A stretch of 64,000 bases of DNA from Camelus dromedarius (GCF_036321535.1 NC_087472.1:99140001-99204000); one strand, 5' to 3'; shown: positions 12,795 through 25,790, counted from the stretch's first letter. The notes: generated by a model from the sequence alone, not told the origin. Program-made: numbers and translations.

Positions 12795-13211
12795 TGTTGT
12801 GGGTTGAATCAAAAATTCATGTGCAGAAGTTCCAACCTCCAGTACTTCAGAATATGACCTTCTACAGAAATAGAGATGTTGCAGGTCTAAGAAGTTTGGA
12901 TGAATCATGCTGGAGTATGGTGGGCCCCTAATCCAACATGACTTGCGTCCTTATAAAAAGAAAACTGTATGAAGAGACAGAGAGAATACAGTGTAAAGGT
13001 TGGAGTTATGCTGCCACAAGCCAAGGAACTACTGGAAGCTAGGAGAGGGGCTTGGAACAGATCATTCCTTAGTACCTTCAGAGGGAGTATATCTCTGCTG
13101 ACACCTTGATCTTGGACTCCTGGCCTCCGGAACTGTGAGACAGTAAATTTCTGTTATTTAAGACACTCAATTTGTAGTACTTTGCTGCAGGAGCCCTAGC
13201 AAACTAATATA
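12795..13211 (+). mobile_element. MaLR solo LTR (MLT1B/C-like)
   Basis: tgttgtgggttgaat...ggtgggcccctaatccaacatgac...gccacaagccaaggaa...ccctagcaaactaatata; 5-bp TSD ctctc/ctgtc. Confidence 0.9.
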
Positions 13212-13441
13212 CTGTCATTTTCCCTATGTTATTTAAGGAAGTGGTAGCTAATAACCTGGCTTCAGAGCCTGAACTTTAACAGCCTGTATCTTTCCACTCC
13301 CCTCAATATCATTCAATATGACCGTGGTGATAAGTGAGGATTGTATTGAAAAAATAATGGAAATAGTAATAGGGCAGTAATTGCCTGACCATATCTTGAA
13401 TTAATAAACATAAGAGAGTATTTCTGTAGATGCCTCATACC

Positions 13442-13467
13442 ACACACACACACACACACACACACAC
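13442..13467. repeat. (CA)n microsatellite
   Basis: direct reading. Confidence 0.95.
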
Positions 13468-13519
13468 GAAGTCTAGACTTTAATTGCTACATCCCTGATC
13501 ACTTAATGAGAATTGTGGT

Positions 13520-13710
13520 GTTCTGAACCTTAGATTAGACTGAGGAGTTGTGAATTTCAAGTCTCAGCACCAGCACTAACCAGGAGCTTTTTGTTCACCC
13601 CAGCCTCAGTTTCCTTATATGTAACAGGTGGCAAAAGCTTTCTAGGGTTGTGAGAATTGGATAAAAATGTATAGGAATGCACTTTGAAAACCGTATGGTG
13701 CTGGACAAAC
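13520..13710 (+). mobile_element. MIR SINE
   Basis: core gcctcagtttccttatatgtaa...tagggttgtgagaatt. Confidence 0.6.
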
Positions 13711-14676
13711 ACGACTAGAACTTGACTGAATTGCATCTAACCGATAAAGAACATAATGTGAAAGCAATAGCAATTATCCTGGTAGGAAAGAGTATGACTT
13801 TTTTCCAATGACATGAAAAATTTCCATACCTTATTCCTGATTCACATAACATATGTGTCCTTTCATTTCCAGTAGAGTACTGTTACTATAATTACAAAGT
13901 CATGGTGGCTCCACTACCACTCTCTCCTACATATACACACAAAACTTGGCTTTGGGTGTGTTAGCTAGTAGTTCTAATAGGAAATCACTGCTACTGTATT
14001 TGCTAAGAAATTAACTTTGCTTTGTACTCAAGAAAACAAAGGCTTTGTTTGGGATTCTTTGGGAAGCTGGGTTTTCAAATTCCTTTTCACTGCTTTCCAA
14101 TGACCAGCCAGGCTAGAACTGAACTGGACCTCCCGCTACCTCATACACATCTGGTGTTTTCTAACACAGAAAGGAAGGCAACGAAAACAGGCCTTTTGTT
14201 AATAAAGGCAGAGGAAGTTTTCCTTTTTCATTAAAAACCAATGAGCAGCAGCCAAACAGGAGAGAGAACAATGAACTACTACTGGGCTTATCTTCCAAAT
14301 GCACCTGTTCGTGACAATCCAGTGGACGTCAGGGCTGCTAGTATTTGACTGGAAACAGAATCCCCTTTGAGAAGCACTTTGAGATGTTTCAGGGGTGGAG
14401 AGAAAAGAAAATCTAGGCTGGCTTGCAATGCACAGTTTAGAAAAATGCATTGATATTATCTTGTCGGACACATGGAATCAAGATTAGGGATATTTGTGAC
14501 CTGACTCAAAGGAGTACATCTTGAACAACAACAAAAAAATCTTCTCTTAGCCCCATCCTCCCCCAACCCCATAACAACAGAATTATTAGGGAAAATGTCA
14601 ATTTACCACCATTTAATTCAGAGATGCTTGTTCTGTGAGACCTCTTACTATCTTCTGTTCATGAGCTCTTGACATC

Positions 14677-15033
14677 TGCTATGGACTAAAGATGTCTCCC
14701 CAAAATTCATATATTGAATCCTTAATCTCCAATGTGATGATATTTGGAGATGGAGCCTTTGGGAGTTAATTAGGTCATGAATGTAAAGCCCTCATGAGTA
14801 GGATTAGTGTCCTTATAAGAAGAGACACAAGAGAGGTGATCTCTCTGCCATCTGAGAACACAGCAAGAAGACAGCCTTCTCTGACTGGGGAAGAAGACCT
14901 TCACCAGCATCTGACCATGCTGGCAACCTGATCTCAGACTTTCCAACCTCTAGAACTGTGAGAAATAATTTTCTGCTGTTTAAGCCATTCAGTCTATGGT
15001 ATTTTGTTAAAACAGCCCAGACTGACCAAGACA
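14677..15033 (+). mobile_element. MaLR solo LTR (MLT1A0-like)
   Basis: tgctatggactaaa...cccaaaattcatatattgaa...taattaggtcatga...cagcccagactgaccaagaca; TSD acatc/acacc. Confidence 0.92.
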
Positions 15034-15077
15034 ACACCCAACAATATTCAGAATGCAAAGCATACCCAGCACATACA

Positions 15078-15873
15078 TAAAAATATCAGAAAAGGAAAGT
15101 TTAAAAAAATCCCTTTTAAAATTGCATCAAAAAATACTTAGGAATAAACCTGACCAAGGAGGTGAAAGAGTTATACAGAGAGAACTATAAAACATTGATT
15201 AAGGAAATTAAAGATGATTTAAAGAAATAGAAAGGTAACCCATGCTCTTGGATTGGGAAAATCAATATTGTTAAAATGGCCATACTACCCAAAGCAATCT
15301 ACAGATTTAATGCAATCCCTATCAAATTACCCAGGACATTTTTCACAGAACTAGAACAAATAATCCAAAAATTTATATGGAATCACGGAAGACCCAGAAT
15401 TGCCAAAGCAATACTGAAGAAAAAGAACGAAGCTGGAGGAATAACCCTCCCAGATTTCAGACAATACTACAGAGCTACAGTAATCAAAACAGTGTGGTAC
15501 TAGCACAAAACCAGACATATGGATCAATGGAACAGAATAGAGAGCCCTGAAATAAACCCACAGATGTACAGTCAATTAATCTTTGACAAAGGAGCAAGAC
15601 TATACAATGGAGAAAAGACAGTCTCTTTGACAAGCTGAACAGCCTAATGTAAATCAATGAAATTAGAACACTTCCTCACACTACACACAAAAATAAACTC
15701 AAAATGGCTTAAAGACGTAAACATAAGACAAGACACCATAAACCTCCTAGAAGAGAACATAGGCAAAACATTCTCTGATATAAATCTTAGCAACGTTCTC
15801 CTACTGCAGTCTACCAAAGCAATAGAAACAAAGGCAAAAGTAAACAAATAGGACCTAATTAAAATTATAAGCT
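15078..15873 (+). mobile_element. internal young L1 ORF2 fragment without 3' UTR or poly(A)
   Basis: ORFs 15276-15503 ([19 protein letters not shown]) and 15657-15851; ends abruptly at ggacctaattaaaattataagct. Confidence 0.93.
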
Positions 15874-18800
15874 AGCATTTATTAGCTCTTATTTTTTATG
15901 ATAGTCATTCTAACAGGCATGAAATTATGTCTCATTCTGGTTTTGATTTGCATTTCCCTTATGATTAGTGATGTTGAGCATTTTTTTATGCACCTATTGT
16001 ATATTCATATACCTTCTTTGGAAAAATGTCTATTTAAGTCTTTTACCCATTTTTAAAATTAGATTATTTGTGTTTTTGCTATTGAGTTCCATGAGTTCTT
16101 TCCATATGTTGGATATTAACCTATTATCAGCTGATTTGCAAATATTTTTCCCATTCTGTAGGTTGTGTCTTCATTTTGTTGATTGCTTCTTTTGATGTGC
16201 AGAAGTTTTTACTTTGATGTAATCCCACTTATTTGTTTTTGATTCAGTTGTTTGTGCTTTAGGTGTCATATCCAAAAAATTATTTCTGAGACCCATGTCA
16301 AGGAGCTTTCTTTGTATATTTTCTTCTAGGAATTTTATGGTTTCTGCTCTTACATTTAAATCTTTAATACAGTTTGACTTAATTTTTGTGAGAGGTAAGA
16401 GATAGGAGTCTAGTTTTATTCTTTTACATGTGAATATCCAGATTTATTGAAGAGACTGTCTCTTCTCCATTGAGTATTCTTGATTCACTTGTCAAATATT
16501 AGTTGATTGTTTATTTTGGGGCTATTGATTATGTTCCATTGGTCTATATGTCTGTTTTTATGGTAGTACCATACTGTTTTGATTGCCATGTCTTTATAAT
16601 ATAGCTTGAAATCAGGAAGTGTGATGCCTCCCACTGTGTTCTTTATTCTCAGAATTGCTTTGGCTATTCAGGGTCTTTTGTGGTTCCATATAAATTTTAG
16701 GATTTTTTTTTATCACTTCTGGAAAAAGAAAAAAAAAAACACTGGAATGCCAGAGGGGTTGCATTGAATCTATTGATGGCTTTTGATAGTATAGACATTT
16801 TAACATATTAATTGTTTTTCCATGAACATGGAATACCTTTCCATTTATTTGTGTCTCCTGATTTCTTTCATCAGTCTCTTGTAGTTTTCAGTGTATAAAT
16901 CTTTCACCTCCTTGGTCAAATTTATTCCTAAGTTTTTTATTTGTTTGTTTTTGATACTATTGTAAATGGGATCATTTTCTTTATTTCTTTTCTAGATAAT
17001 TCATTGTTATAAAAATGCTACTGACTTTTGCATGTGAATTCTATATCCTGGAACTTCATTGAATTCATTGATTAGATCAAACAGTTTTTTTGGGTGGAGT
17101 CTTTAGGGTTTTCTATATAAAAAATTATGTCATCTACAAATAGAGACAATTGTACTTCTTTCTTTTCAATTCTGATACCTTTTATTTGTTTTTCTGGCCT
17201 GATTGTTCTGGCTGGGACTTCTAGTACTATGTTGAATAGAAGTGGTAAGAGTGTGCACCCTTGTCTTATTCCTGATCTTAGAGAAAAAGCTTTCAATCTT
17301 TCATCATTGAGTATGATATTAGCGAACTTGTCATATATGGCATTTATTAATGTTGAGGTATGTTCCTTCTCTACCCAGTTTTTAAGAGTTTTTATCATGA
17401 ATGGATGTTGAATTTTGTCAAGTGCTTTTTTTCTGCATCTATTGATTTGATTACATGATTTTTTTTCTTTCATTCTATTAATATGATGTATTACATGTAT
17501 TGATTTGGATGTTGAGCCATCTTTGCATCCGAGAGGTAAATCCCCCTTGATCATGGTGAATGGTCTTTTTAATGTGTGCTGAATTCAGTATGCTAGTTGT
17601 TACTGAGAATTTTTTTATCTGTGTTCATCAGGGATATTGGCATGTATTTGTTTTTCCTTGTAGTGTTCTTTTCTGGTTTTGGTATCAGGGTAATGCTGAC
17701 CTCATAAAATGAGTCTTCCCTCCTTTTTGGTTCTTTGAAGAGGTTTGAGAAAGATTGGCATTAACTATTATTTAAATGTTTAGTAAAATTCACCGGTGAA
17801 GCTATGTGGACCTGAGATTTTCTTTGTTCGAAGATTTTTGATTATTGATTCAGTCACCTTACTAGTAATTGATCTTTTCAGAATTTTTATTTCTTCCTCA
17901 TTCAGTCTTAGTGTGTTGTATGTTTCTAAGAATTTTCCCATTTATTCTAGATTGTCCAGTTTGTTGGTGTATAGCTTTTCATAGTAACTTCTTATGATCC
18001 TTTGTATCTCTGTGGTATTAGTTGTAATGTCTCCTTTTCCACTTACAGTTTTGTTGATTTGGGTCATTTCTCTTTTTTTCTTGGTTAGTCTAGCTAAAGA
18101 TTTGTCAACTTGTTTATCTTTTCAAAGAACCAACTCTTAGTTTTGTTAATCATATCTATTATTTTTCTGTTCTCTATTTCATTTATTTCTGCTCTAATCT
18201 TTATAATTTCCTTCCTTTTGCTAACTTTGGACTCTATTGGTTCTTCTTTTTCTAGTTCCCTAAGGCATATAGCTAGGTTGCTTATTTGAGACCTCCCTTG
18301 TTTTTTAATGTAAGCATGTATTAACTTACCTCTTAGAACTGCTTTTGCTGTATACCATAAGTTTTGGTATGTTTTGTTTCAATTTTCATTTGTCTTGAGA
18401 TGCTTTTGGGTTTCCCCTTTAATTTCTTCTTTGATCATTGATTTTTTAGGAGAGTATTGCTTAATTTCCATATATTTGTAAATTTTCCAGTTTTCCTCTT
18501 GTTATTAATTTCTAGTTTTATACCATTGTAGTCATAGAAGATACTTGGTATGATTTCAACCTTCTTGAATTTGCCTAGACTTGTTTTGTGGCCTAACACA
18601 TGGTTTATCCTCAAAAATGTTTCATGTGCACTTGAGAAAAATGTGTATTTTCCTGTTATTGGATAGAATGTTCTGTATGTGTCTGTTAGGTCCACTTGAC
18701 CTATAGTGCATTCCAATTTACTGTTTTCTCATTGATTCTGTCTGGGTGACTCATCCATTGTTGAGACAGGTTATTAGAGTCCCTAACTATTATTATATTG

Positions 18801-19035
18801 CTGTTTATTTATCCTTTTAGCTCTGTGAGTTTTTGCTTAAAGTGCTCTGATGTTAAGTGTGTAAATGTTTACAATTGTTATATTTCCTTGATGGATTGAC
18901 CTCTTTATCATTATATAATTATCTTCTTGGCTTCTTTTTACCATTCTTAGTTGATAGTTTATTTTGTCTGATATAAGTATACCTACCCCTGTTTTGTTGT
19001 TGTTGTTGTTACTATTGGCTTGAAATATATTTTTG
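15874..19035 (-). mobile_element. older L1 spanning most of ORF2 (endonuclease and RT, decayed); 3' end missing
   Basis: ORF 18435-18716 (YTFFSSAHETFLRINHVLGHK, EN domain); ORF 17072-17554 (SGIRQGCTLLPLLFNIVLEV...LFVDDII, RT); many frameshifts. Confidence 0.95.
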
Positions 19036-19353
19036 ATGGTTAAATTTATAATGGGAATGAGTAAACTGACTTCTAATCACTCCCAATATGCAGTCTATGC
19101 AGTAGACGTGCAAACAGGAAAACACCATTGGCTGGTAGGTAGTCAAAGCTGCCTATCTCTTGGCAAGCATTTGTCATCCCTTCTAACATGAACAATTGTG
19201 CAAATGATGTTGCTGGCTCAATTTTAATTAGAAAAGAACATTGGAAGTGTAGTCTTATTTTTAAGCCATTCACAACTTAAGGGGAAGTCCTTTTCCCATG
19301 GGACCAAAGTTTCCATCAGCAAATATCATTACTGGGAAGTGGGGGTAGGATGG

Positions 19354-19836
19354 TGTGATGGTTAGTTTTATGTGTCAAGTTGACTGGGCTATGGGGTACC
19401 CAGACTTTTGATTGAATATTATTCTGGGTGTGTCTGTGAGGGTGTTGCTGGGTGAGGTTCATTTGAATCAATAAGCCCAGTAAGACAGATTGCTCTCCTT
19501 AATGTGAGTAGGCCTCATCCAATTCATTGAAGACCTGAATAGAACAAAAATGTAGAGTAAGAGGGAATTCCTCTTCCCTGCTTACTGGAGCTGAGACATT
19601 GGGTTTTTCCCTACATTTGATCTCAAACTGAAAAAAATGGCTGTTTTTAGGGTCTTGAGCCTGTCAACTTTCGACTGGAACTTACACCATCAGCTCTCCT
19701 GGGTCTCTAGCTTGCTGACAGTAGCTCTTGGAACTCTTCAGCCTCCATAATTGCACTAGCCAATTCCTTATTATAGATACAGATATATCCATAGATACAT
19801 AGATATCCTATTAGTCTGAAAAACCTTTACTAATAA
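19354..19836 (+). mobile_element. ERVL solo LTR, MLT2-like
   Basis: tgtgatggttagttttatgtgtcaagttgactgggct...ggcctcatccaattcattgaagacctgaatagaacaaaa...cagcctccataattgc. Confidence 0.9.
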
Positions 19837-20509
19837 GGCAGCAAGGGGTAAGGTTCAGTTGGAATTTTAGCAGCCTCTGAAAGGCACTCGGGAAATCTAA
19901 ACCATGCCCATGAAAAGTAAAGCTCCAGTTTGTTTTTCCCACTTGTCTAGTTCCAAAACGCCAGCGGCTATTAACATTGATCTGTCCAGACTGCATTTAT
20001 AAAGATCTGTAAACTGATCAGAGGGGAAATTAAATTAGACTGTAATTCTGCAGCACTGTGAAGAACATTAGCTTGCAAGAACACTCGGGAGAGCCAATTA
20101 GAACCATCATGGCCTATCTGGCCATGGTACACAAACATGTTCTCTCTCCTTCCATGAGACCTGAAGTGCTACTTGGGTAGTGCCTGTCTAATTTGGAGGG
20201 TTAGTGCTGCTTGTGTCTAGAGGTGCTGATCACACATCAAGATTAGGAAATGCCTCAAGTAATCCTGTTAGCAGAACTGGAACTGAGGAATAAAGCCAGC
20301 TCAGTGATGCAGCTAAGATTAATGTCAGAGAACTAGTAATATGAGCTCCAGAGGGAAAAGAGAGCTGAGCTCTGCCAATGGCCACTGGGAGAAGGAAAAT
20401 AAACAAGACCAAAGCAGCAGGGCCAATAACTCAAAAAAGGAGACTCCCACCGCCCTCCTCACTAGATCAGATTCAGGGTTAGTTTCTAAAACACTAGATA
20501 GAGAAGAAA

Positions 20510-20725
20510 AGTGACATTAACCTATCCTGAGTCTACCCTATGCCAAATGCTTGCACACATGGTTTTATTTCATCTTTGCAACACCCTTCCATATTTTACA
20601 AATAAGTAAACTGATGCTTAGAGAGATTAGGGTAATTGCCCAAGATCATATCAGTAGAAAGCGAGGCTCCTGGGATTCTGGTCCAGGTCTGTCTGAATCC
20701 AAACCCCATGTTCTTTCCACTACAT
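20510..20725 (-). mobile_element. MIR SINE
   Basis: catattttacaaataagtaaactgatgcttagagagattagggtaattgcccaagatcata. Confidence 0.75.
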
Positions 20726-21454
20726 CACACAATCTATGTAAATGAATGAGGAAAAAGGAAAGTTGAAAAGGCTTAGAGGGGCAAGCAAGGAGGTGAGACC
20801 TCTTGCGTTGCATCAAGGAAAAGCATTCTTAATTAAAAGTAAGGGTGGTTGTCATCAAAACTAGAAGCAAAGTATATGAAAAAGAGAAGGAGCCTGCACA
20901 TGAGAATAAAAGCCCAGAGAGCTCTGAGAAGTACCACATCTTCCCTCCTGGGCTGGTCTCTATTGGGAAGCAAAGGGTCAGAGACAGGCAGCTGATAAGG
21001 CAAGTGAAGAAACACATTGAATTTGGAGGAATTCACTGAAAGTAGAGTTCCTGTGCCTACTTCACACCCTGGCAGAGACAGCTAGGAAATATAAAGTGAA
21101 GTGGTGCGCTTGGAGTTGACAAGATGTGGCTGGTGGTCTGGGCTGGCCCCTAGAAAGACTTAACTTATACTCCATTGTCTCAAGAACAGTTGACCACAGA
21201 CATGTTCAATATCTAGATCCAGACCCGGAATTCTCAAGAATCATCTCTTGTCTTCTGTGAATGTGATCAAATCTCTTACCTCATGCTTTAGGCAGGTGGG
21301 ACTTTTGTTGTTTTTCCAAATATCAAGGACTCGCTGTCTTTGAGGCCTTTAGGCATGTTGCTCCCTCAACCACAAATCCTGTACTTTCTTCACTCCCAAC
21401 TATAGCTCCAACACTGACTTTTAACACAGCCCGACTATTTCTTAGGGCCAACTC

Positions 21455-21879
21455 TGTCATGTGCCACCCAGAGCCCCCTTCAAGGAAGTACTTGTTACCC
21501 CAGTTTCTGGGAGTGTTGTTGTACTGCCCTTAGCCAGCAGGCCCTTTAGGGACTACTTTGCCCTCACCTGAAAAGAGCCTCCTCACCTGAGTTTACGCTC
21601 CTTCCCACAGTGGACTATATACAATGACTTATCAGTGCCAGAAAATTAAGGTCTAGCCAGACAGGGACAAGTATGAAGGGTCCTATATCCTCCAGACCTC
21701 CTCATGGAGCTGGCTACGTCTGCCCTTTGGCCTGCATGAAAGTTGACTTCCCCTTTACTCACTTCGGCTTCCATTCTCTGCTTTCCACAAGTGTTTATCC
21801 CATGGGAAGTCTTTAATAAGCATCCTGCACATCAAGCTCTGTCACAGGGTCTGCTTCTTCAGGAACCCAATCTGTGACA
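21455..21879 (+). mobile_element. ERVL solo LTR, LTR16-family
   Basis: tgtcatgtgccacccagagcccccttc...taataagcatcctgcac...gtctgcttcttcaggaacccaatctgtgaca. Confidence 0.75.
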
Positions 21880-22020
21880 CTTCTAGCCCAGCAGGAGAGG
21901 AAAGAAGTGATAAAATGGGGAGAAAACAAAAGATACTAAGCACTCAGCCCCAATGAAGTTCATCAAAACATTTAAGTATCTTTTTAATCCACTAGAAATC
22001 CAATAAATTCAAGAACTCCT

Positions 22021-22503
22021 GTGCCAGTCTGGGTTTAGTCAGGAAAGCAGGGGCACCACATTTATTACAAGAATAGAGACTTTAACATGGAAATCAAGAC
22101 TTATACAAACACAGGAGGGGCTGGGGGAGTGAAGATCTTTAAGGGACTGTAGCCAGAAGACAGAAGATCTAAGGACTTCACTTAGAGCATTGAAGTGGGT
22201 GAAGTGGCTGAGAAACAGGAAGTGAGGAAATCTGAGAAGCCACCATTCTGGCCACCTAAGTGGGGAGTTCATGGAAAGTTCTGTAACACTGCCAAATCAG
22301 CAAAATCCACTGCATTTCACAAAACTGCTATATCTAAGCTCCACAATATACCAAGAAGTATAGCTTCTTTCATCTCCACTTTCCAAATTTCACAGCAGTA
22401 CCTCTTCTTAGCAAACTCTAACCCAGAATGATACAGGAAAGAATATTCTGGGAAATACAATTATCTGCCCTAGATAGGAGTGGTGGTGGCGCCTGTTGAC
22501 ACA
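22021..22503 (-). mobile_element. ancient ERV-type solo LTR (family not assigned)
   Basis: agtctgggtttagtcaggaaagcag...caaactctaacccagaatgatacaggaaagaatattctgggaaa is typical of antisense ancient ERVL LTRs. Confidence 0.55.
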
Positions 22504-23377
22504 GACAATCCAGAATAACTCCCCAACCAAATAATTAAGCTCATCTGCCCAAATCCATGAGTCATGATGTGTTGTTCTCTTTAATCTTTCCCCACTTCAG
22601 GTGGTTTCAGTGCCCTTCTGTTCTCTACATAAGTCACTGTAGTCACTTTTTCCCAGAGTAGGGCCTCTGCAAAAAAATAAATATGCCTGACCTCTCCATG
22701 TACAATGGATGTGGCTCAAGCCACTGTGATAAATGTTATGAAAAAGAGACAAAAACCAGGGAGTGGGATTAGAAGCAGGAGACCTTGGAGGAACTCAGAA
22801 TAATATGTAGCATATGGCCAGTTTTCCTCTCTTTAGTCTTAATTACCCAGAGTAATGAACACCTATTAATGCAGGCACAGCCTACAAGGCTCACAACCAT
22901 GATGGAGGACTTACTCTAGTATCAGAGTCAGAAAGCAAAGTGGCTTTTATGAAATAGGAATCTTCATCCACATAAGCCTTCACCCACTTTGAAGAAGGCA
23001 AATGCCAAGCCTTCTTTTGCATCATTCCCACTTCTGAGGCCTTGCCGATGGGTAATATGGAGACTACAAAACACAATTTGCTAAATTATAGCCTTAATAA
23101 CTCAGTTTGCTCATTCCAGCTGGGGACATGTTAGCAGATGGTCTACTAAGTGGCTTTTAACTTCATATATTAATGGTTCCCTGAGAACATCTTTTCTTAA
23201 AGTCCCTCTTCTGGGAAACAAGATCAGCAGTCCCTGGGACATTAAATGAAGCTAAAAAGCGGTAGCAGCCTCCTTTGGATTTCTTTCTTCCTAAACCTCA
23301 AATCACATATTTAGGTTCTTTTCGTGTTTGTTTTTATTGTGTTGTATTCTCATTTTTAAATGTGTCCCAGGACCCAC

Positions 23378-23525
23378 ATCTACTCCAACTGTGGTCTTTG
23401 GACCAGAAATATCAGTATCACCTGGGAGCATGTAGAAATGCAGAATCTTGAGCCTCAGCCCAGACCTGCTAACCCAGAATCTGCATTTAACATGATGAGC
23501 AGTGATTAATATACCCTTTGAAGTG
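23378..23525. mobile_element. MER5A-like hAT-Charlie
   Basis: gtggtctttggaccag...atcacctgggagcatgtagaaatgcagaatct...cagacctgctaacccagaatctgcattt. Confidence 0.8.
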
Positions 23526-23960
23526 AAACTGATGGCAGCAAGTGAAGGTATCAGAGCTTCATATATCTGAGGGCTTCCTAATGGTGATTATTTATTCCAC
23601 ATGGTCTCCTTGCTCTAAGCCAGGGGCTTTTACTCTGGAAGAACAGGTGAATCCTTTGCCTTAAAACTTAAGCTTAATCATCTTGTCCACTTTTGTGATC
23701 CCATGACCTCAGTTTTGAAGGGACCTGGTTTCATAACTGAGGACAACTGAGGACACTTCAGGATGACTTCACTGAACTTTGGCCTCTTCGCTTCTGCTCT
23801 TTCTGCTTCAGGTAGAGTCAGAGCCATTTGGTTTTGTAGGAGTGGTCTAGGAGTGATCCCTGGATGGCCCAAATGATCCAGAGTCCTGGAGAAAATTTCC
23901 ATGTCTAGATTTAGACAATAATCATTACAGCATGTGTTGACAGTGCTGTGCCCATACCAT

Positions 23961-24366
23961 TGTCATGCACACCTGCTCCTGATGGACATGCTTCCCCTCC
24001 CAACAACCAGCACCTGTGTGTCTTTGTTGGCAAACTGCCTTCCGGCTGTCAGAACTTGCTTTGCCTGTGTGCATGGAAAAGCAGAAGTGCCTGAGGATTT
24101 ATGCCCTCCTTCCACAGCCCCTAACCTATGTCTGATTGGTGGAGAGGACAAATACTCCAGCATCCTTGAACTTGAGTTGATTGGACAACAGTGAAGTGAC
24201 TATATACTATTTCCAGAACTTTCCCTGTGTTACATTGATTCCATACACTTGGTTCCCTTCCTGGTCTCACTTCCCTGGTGGTTTTTCCTAGAATCAGTTC
24301 CTGCTAAACCACTGTCACACAGATTCTTGTCTCAGGCTCTGCTTCTAGGGAATCCAACCTAATACA
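23961..24366 (+). mobile_element. ERVL solo LTR, LTR16-family
   Basis: cagcacctgtgtgtctttg...ttcccttcctggtctcacttccc...ttgtctcaggctctgcttctagggaatccaacctaataca. Confidence 0.75.
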
Positions 24367-24419
24367 GTCACCTTCATGGCCTCCCCTCTTGTATACTATT
24401 GTTTGTAATTTGATATGGA

Positions 24420-25790
24420 ATTTATTACTCTATGTACTTGTTGAGCACTCTTTCTGTACCAGGCACTGAGTTAGAGTTGGAAATATAATAGTGATCAGGA
24501 GGGATATGGTCCCTGACTTCAAGGAGTTTATACCTTAGCAGAAGAATAGACTTTAAAGTCTGATGAACATTATGACTAGTTATGTGATATTATTATCAGT
24601 AAGCTAAAACAAATCTATTTCACAGAAGCAGCTCAGCTTTTCCTCCTATTAAGATCTGAGATAAATGGCTTCCCAGGGGCCTCAAACAAGATACAGTATA
24701 TACATACAATTAAAAAAACAGATCCACACTTTTTGTCATTAATTCAACAAAAGTTTCTTGAGTACTTACCTTTAGGCACTGTGGAAAGAAAATGAATAAG
24801 ACATAATCCCTTGCGTTAAAGAGCTAACTCACTAATAGAGGAAAGTCAAATCCATAAAGAAATCAGTATAAAACAATATGTTAAGTACAATTGTCAAAAT
24901 CTGTTCAGTGTGTTTGAGTAACATAGAGAATTGGTTAGTTCTCTGAGGGCGTCAGAGAGAGGTAGAATCTGAAATAGTAGGATTCTGCCAGGCAAAGTCA
25001 CTGCAGACAGAAAGGACAAAGGAAAGGCCGACTGAGTTAAACTGCACTGAGATCCAAGCATGAAGTGTGCTGTCAGGAGTGAGAAGAAGTGAGGGTAGAA
25101 TTTGCAGCAACATGGATGTCCCTGGAGAATGTCATTCTAAGTGAAGTAAGCCAGAAAGAGAAAGAAAAATACCATATGAGATCGCTCATATGTGGAATCT
25201 AAAAAAAAGAAAAGAAAAGAAAAAGACAAATGAATACAAATACAAAACAGAAATAGACTCATAGACATAGAATATAAACTTGTGGTTGCCAGCGGGGAGA
25301 GGGGTGGGAAGGGACAGACGGGGAGTTTGAAATTTGTAGATACTGACAGGTACATATAGAATAGATAAACAAGATTATACTGTACAGCACAGGGAAATAT
25401 ATACAAGATCTTGTGGTAGCTCATGGTGAAAAAGAGTGTGACAATGAATATATGTATGTTCATGTATATCTGAAAAGTTGTGCTCTACACTGGAAACTGA
25501 CACAACATTTTAAACTGACTATAACTCAATAAAATAAAATTAAGGAAAATAAGTGAGGATAGAGATGTAGACAAAGGGAGATAACACAGGGCCTTGAGTG
25601 CCGTGTTAAAAATACATGGACATCATCAGGGTGATGTGTTAAAGGGTTAATTTTAAGCACAAAGTAGAACAGTAGAAATATATTTTCATTTGACCCCAAC
25701 CACCCTGCCAACATCATAGATGACTGGATTTAAAAGATACCAGTCAGGAGACTGGTAATAATCTCGATTTAAGACCACAAGGAGGAAGGG
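24420..25790 (-). mobile_element. L2 fragments (24420-24560, 24735-25099, 25551-25790), split by a young L1
   Basis: ttgttgagcactctttctgtaccaggcactg...ggtccctgacttcaaggagttt; attcaacaaaagtttcttgagtacttac. Confidence 0.6.
25100..25550 (+). mobile_element. young L1 3' end (3' UTR type 1)
   Basis: close match to 4667-5062; TSD aagtgagggtaga 25087-25099 / aagtgaggataga 25551-25563. Confidence 0.95.

Noticed and set aside
12354..12857. Longest ORF (167 aa) as a novel gene
   Set aside because: No recognisable domain, it runs into an MLT1 LTR, and there is no promoter or splice support; an ORF of this length can arise by chance in 64 kb.
17072..18716. Reverse transcriptase/endonuclease ORFs as an active element or a novel RT system
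   Set aside because: Ordinary L1 ORF2 remnants with frameshifts and altered catalytic-region motifs; ORF1, promoter and 3' end are absent.
15078..19035. Single L1 with a classical 5' inversion
   Set aside because: The two arms overlap in L1 coordinates and differ in sequence type and apparent age.
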